Virus record (IMG/VR): IMGVR_UViG_3300042564_005549
Span: 1-64,000 of that record
Origin: a virus
Length of the DNA: 64,000 nucleotides
Direction: 5' to 3' (one strand)
Part shown: positions 60,706-64,000 of the stretch, piece by piece
Numbering within the stretch: the stretch's first letter is position 1
How the letters are laid out: each line of letters starts with the position of its first letter
The notes under the pieces: generated by a model
Seen by the model: only the letters and a program-made list of their open reading frames with translations
Told to the model about the DNA's origin: nothing
The model's database searches: none
Made by a program: the position numbers and the translations under genes

Positions 60706-61665
60706 ATGAAATTACTTAAAGTAGGTTACAAGGTAATTGATTATTCAATAATCAAGGAACTTTATTATTACGTAACCAAAGAGTATTTTTTACGTGAACC
60801 AAAATTATTTGAGTCACTAAAAATAAAGAATGGTGGTGATAAAAAGAATGCCACGTATGTTGAAGTAATCAAAGGTGATAAAGATAGTTTCTTCGATTTA
60901 ACACCTAACAGAAAAGATGAATGGGATTCAATTATCGATTATCTAAACGATAAATACAAGTCCCATATCAAACCGCCGAAAGAAGAGTCTTTTGATGATG
61001 AGGATAAGAGGGTTAAGTTTTTTAAAAACCTAAATAAAAACGCCAAACCAGAATCAATCTTAGGAAGACTTTTACATTTCAATCCAATTAATGAGGATGG
61101 TGTTAGTGAGTTACTGACATTCGATGAACTAAAAAAACACCCTGATTTTGGTAAAACAAATAAAGATGATAGTTGTATTCCAAATAACGGAACGGGATGG
61201 AATAGGACAGTTGGGAAGTATTTTAAGTTCACATTAGTAAGAGATAAAGGAAAAACAACCGCATTTAAATTTGATGGGTATAATTTTGATTATTCTCACA
61301 AAAATCGATATATTCGTAAAGATATACGAAAGGCATTAGAACACAGTAGATGTGCTCATTGTGGTGTGAAAGGTAAGAAGATGGAAATCGACCACAAAAA
61401 TGGTAGATACAATGACGATAATGTGTTGAGTTCAGATACTCAAAACCTATCCGATTTTCAACCATTGTGTGGTAATTGTAATAAATTAAAAAGAAGTGCT
61501 TGTAAAAAGTGTAAAGAGACGGGACTTAGATATGACGCACAATTCTTAGGTTATCCGTTTTCACAATTAGATGGTGACGCCGTTTATAACGATGATTTAG
61601 GTTGTTCCGGTTGTTACCTTTTTGATTGTATGGTTTGGAAATTCAGTTGCGTAAAAAATATTTAA
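60706..61665 (+). CDS. HNH endonuclease of the IceA1/NlaIII restriction-enzyme family, with an N-terminal extension
   Basis: P.EDGVS, NGTGWNR, IRKDI..., CAHCG..EIDHKNGR..D..TQNLSDFQPLCGNCNKLKR.ACKKCK.TG.RYDA..LGYP...GCSGC is collinear with IceA1/NlaIII as I recall them. Confidence 0.8.
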   Translation: MKLLKVGYKVIDYSIIKELYYYVTKEYFLREPKLFESLKIKNGGDKKNATYVEVIKGDKDSFFDLTPNRKDEWDSIIDYLNDKYKSHIKPPKEESFDDEDKRVKFFKNLNKNAKPESILGRLLHFNPINEDGVSELLTFDELKKHPDFGKTNKDDSCIPNNGTGWNRTVGKYFKFTLVRDKGKTTAFKFDGYNFDYSHKNRYIRKDIRKALEHSRCAHCGVKGKKMEIDHKNGRYNDDNVLSSDTQNLSDFQPLCGNCNKLKRSACKKCKETGLRYDAQFLGYPFSQLDGDAVYNDDLGCSGCYLFDCMVWKFSCVKNI

Positions 61666-61666
61666 T

Positions 61667-64000
61667 ATGGCAAATCCTTTTATAAAAGTAGAGTGGGAAG
61701 ATACACCAGAAAATCTTACCCAAGAAAGAATCAAGAGAGTTAAAAGTTATTTCGAAAAGAAGTACAACTCCACCAGTGTTAAAATCATAACCAAGATATC
61801 CACAAACACACTTAATACACAATTAAGAACACTTGAGGCAACTGATAGTATTTTAGACCATCAGTATCAGAAGAAAATTGTTAAAGAATTTGTTACTGAA
61901 AACGACCTTAACGTTAAGTGGGATTTACTTAATAGATTGGACGATAAAGTTAACGGTGAGATTGATAAATTAAATCAAAATAAAGTACGTTACAATAAAT
62001 GGTTCATAAAGAAAATAGAGTTTTCTAATTTCTTATCATTTGGTGAAGACAATGTAATTGAATTTGAGAACTTAGATGGTATTACTGTTATTGAATCAAC
62101 CCCAAGAAACTTTGGAGGTAAGTCTACCGCAACTGTTGACCTACTAATGTTCTTGTTCTTCAACGCAACCACAAAAACAAAAACCAATATTGAGGTATTC
62201 AATAAGTTTTCAGATAAAGACGAGGTAAAAGTAAAAGGATATGTGACAATTGACGGAGATAGTTACATCATATCAAGAACAATTACGAGAAAGAAAACAA
62301 AGGTTGGAGAATATAACGTTAAGAGTGATTTGGAATTCTTCAAAGTAACTGAAGACGGTACAATATCAAACTTATCGGGAGAACAAAGAAGAGAAACTGA
62401 AACATTTATTGCATCTGCGATTGGTAGTCAAGAAGATTTTTTATCAACGATATTAACAACCGGTTATAACTTAGAAGAACTAATTGAATCTAAACCAACC
62501 GCAAGAGGTCAGATTCTTACAAAGTTTTTAGGGTTAGAAAGTTTAAAACAAAAAGAAGACATCTGTAAAGAGATGTATAATGACTGGTCTAAAAAATTAA
62601 TTTCAAATACTCATAACGTAAAAGACTTAGAAGATACTAATGAAACTTTAACGGAGAGTATCGGTAATTCTGAAAATGAGATTTTAAGACTAACCGAAGT
62701 ATTATCCGATACTGAAAGGGCACTTACGATGTTGGAGGAAAGGAGAGACAATGCACTTAGTTCTAAAAATAACGATGTTGACCAAGAACTAATAAGAACT
62801 AACCCAACATTGTTGAAAGGTGAGATTGATGCATTAATACTTAAAAGGAATCAAAGTAAATCAAGTGCTGATAGTGTTGACCTTAAAGAACCATCGAAGT
62901 ATTATCACGAAGATGAACATAAAGAGTTGAGAGGTCAAATGGCGGACCTACAGGGCATTGAGTTCGCATACAAATATGAAAAAACTGAAAAGGAAAAGTT
63001 AATCAAACAATTAACAGAAGGAACAATTTGTCCTACTTGTAATAGAGCGTTGGATGAGGTTGACCATACTGAAGAAATTGAAAAGATTAAAAAAGAAATT
63101 GAGGACATCATAAAAAACATTGAAACCAATAAATCTGAATTTGATAAATTAAAAGTTAAGTCAGATGAATTGGATTCTTTAAAAAGTGAGTTCGACAATT
63201 ATGAAAGAGATAAACTTCGTAAAGCGAGATATGAATTGGAAGTTGAGCAAAGACAACTTGAGATTGATTCAAAACAGTCAAAATTAACTAACTACGATAA
63301 TAACAAAAAGAAATTAGAACACAACCAAAGAATTGATTCAGAAGTTGTTGCTTTAAGGACTAAGATTGAAACTGCAAACGCCGATATCCGTATCACTAAT
63401 CAGTCAATCGAAAAACACAAGAATAATATCACCACGTCAAAAGAAAAGATTGGGGTTAATAACGATTTAATTACAAAAATTAAATCCGAAGAAGAATTGA
63501 TTTACGTGTTCAAAACATATCTAACCATATTTGGTAAGAATGGTATTTCTAAAGTTATTATTAAAAATATGATTCCATTATTAAATCAGGAGTTGTATCG
63601 ATTATTATCTGACAGTTGCTACTTTACATTGGAGTTAAACATTAATGATAAGAATGAATTAGAATTCTTAATGATTGATAATGAAACTAGAGTTGTTAAA
63701 TCATTATCGAGTGGTTCAGGTTACGAAAGAACCATCTCATCATTGGCTATCAGAAGTGTATTGACTAAGATATCATCATTACCTAAACCTAACATTGTGG
63801 TTATGGATGAGGTCTTCGGTAAAATTGCCGACGACAATCTCGAAATGGTAGGGGAATTCTTTAAGAAAATCAAAAATTATTTTGAACATATATTAGTAAT
63901 TTCTCATAACCCATTAATAAGAAACTGGTCGGACAATATCATTATGGTTAAAAAAGATGAAAATATATCCTCAGTTGAATATATTAACACCAAAATTTCT
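61667..64000 (+). CDS. Rad50/SbcC-like ATPase (gp46-like) with an N-terminal extension, runs off the window end
   Basis: Not in the track. ATG 61667 (MANPFIKVEW). IEFSNFLSFG, NFGGKST, CPTC zinc hook, SGSGYE signature, VVMDEVFG, ISH. Confidence 0.92.
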   Translation, partial: MANPFIKVEWEDTPENLTQERIKRVKSYFEKKYNSTSVKIITKISTNTLNTQLRTLEATDSILDHQYQKKIVKEFVTENDLNVKWDLLNRLDDKVNGEIDKLNQNKVRYNKWFIKKIEFSNFLSFGEDNVIEFENLDGITVIESTPRNFGGKSTATVDLLMFLFFNATTKTKTNIEVFNKFSDKDEVKVKGYVTIDGDSYIISRTITRKKTKVGEYNVKSDLEFFKVTEDGTISNLSGEQRRETETFIASAIGSQEDFLSTILTTGYNLEELIESKPTARGQILTKFLGLESLKQKEDICKEMYNDWSKKLISNTHNVKDLEDTNETLTESIGNSENEILRLTEVLSDTERALTMLEERRDNALSSKNNDVDQELIRTNPTLLKGEIDALILKRNQSKSSADSVDLKEPSKYYHEDEHKELRGQMADLQGIEFAYKYEKTEKEKLIKQLTEGTICPTCNRALDEVDHTEEIEKIKKEIEDIIKNIETNKSEFDKLKVKSDELDSLKSEFDNYERDKLRKARYELEVEQRQLEIDSKQSKLTNYDNNKKKLEHNQRIDSEVVALRTKIETANADIRITNQSIEKHKNNITTSKEKIGVNNDLITKIKSEEELIYVFKTYLTIFGKNGISKVIIKNMIPLLNQELYRLLSDSCYFTLELNINDKNELEFLMIDNETRVVKSLSSGSGYERTISSLAIRSVLTKISSLPKPNIVVMDEVFGKIADDNLEMVGEFFKKIKNYFEHILVISHNPLIRNWSDNIIMVKKDENISSVEYINTKIS

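Noticed and set aside
60706-61665. Ordinary HNH homing endonuclease
   Set aside because: The extra Cys pairs and the NGxxWxR, TQxxxDFQxLC and RYDA motifs fit IceA1/NlaIII better. Mobility is not excluded.
222-63198. Numerous 60-170-aa ORFs antisense to or nested in large genes
   Set aside because: They have no recognisable motifs or promoter signals and are fully overlapped by well-supported genes.
1-64000. Stop-codon reassignment, as seen in some large phages
   Set aside because: Genes are full length under code 11. TAG (21353, 22650, 60339) and TGA (57869, 58690) act as real stops.
1-64000. tRNA or rRNA genes
   Set aside because: No cloverleaf or rRNA-like sequence was seen in any intergenic gap.

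Overview
AT-rich 64-kb segment of a large contractile-tailed (myovirus-type, probably jumbo) bacteriophage using genetic code 11. Nearly all genes are on the + strand. Order: partial SNF2-family helicase (- strand); neck/tail-terminator genes; sheath; tube; tail chaperone locus; tape measure; baseplate hub genes; a replication cassette (gp32-like SSB, UvsX/RecA, 5'-3' exonuclease, DnaB-like helicase, nrdB, nrdA); baseplate wedge genes; a cluster of Pro/Thr-rich adhesin-like proteins with a stand-alone Hint-domain gene; a tail-collar protein; then RuvC-like resolvase, primase, PD-(D/E)xK nuclease, SbcD, a four-gene insert (including UDP-glucose dehydrogenase and an IceA1/NlaIII-like HNH endonuclease) and a partial SbcC. 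A Bacteroidota host is inferred from the lack of Shine-Dalgarno sites, an SprB-like repeat and a eukaryote/Bacteroidota-type class Ia RNR. Most notable: (1) an NlaIII-like (CATG) endonuclease with no methyltransferase in the window, in a sequence where I found no CATG or GATC; (2) a [S/T]-G-x-T motif strongly enriched in virion proteins, plus mucin-like PT tracts and ugd, suggesting virion glycosylation; (3) a Hint/adhesin cassette; (4) a UUU-CGC +1 frameshift candidate at the tail chaperone; (5) a TATTTAT promoter-like motif that also heads a putative small RNA; (6) a parS-like site inside a palindrome-rich candidate origin. All family calls and counts were made by eye, not by database search.
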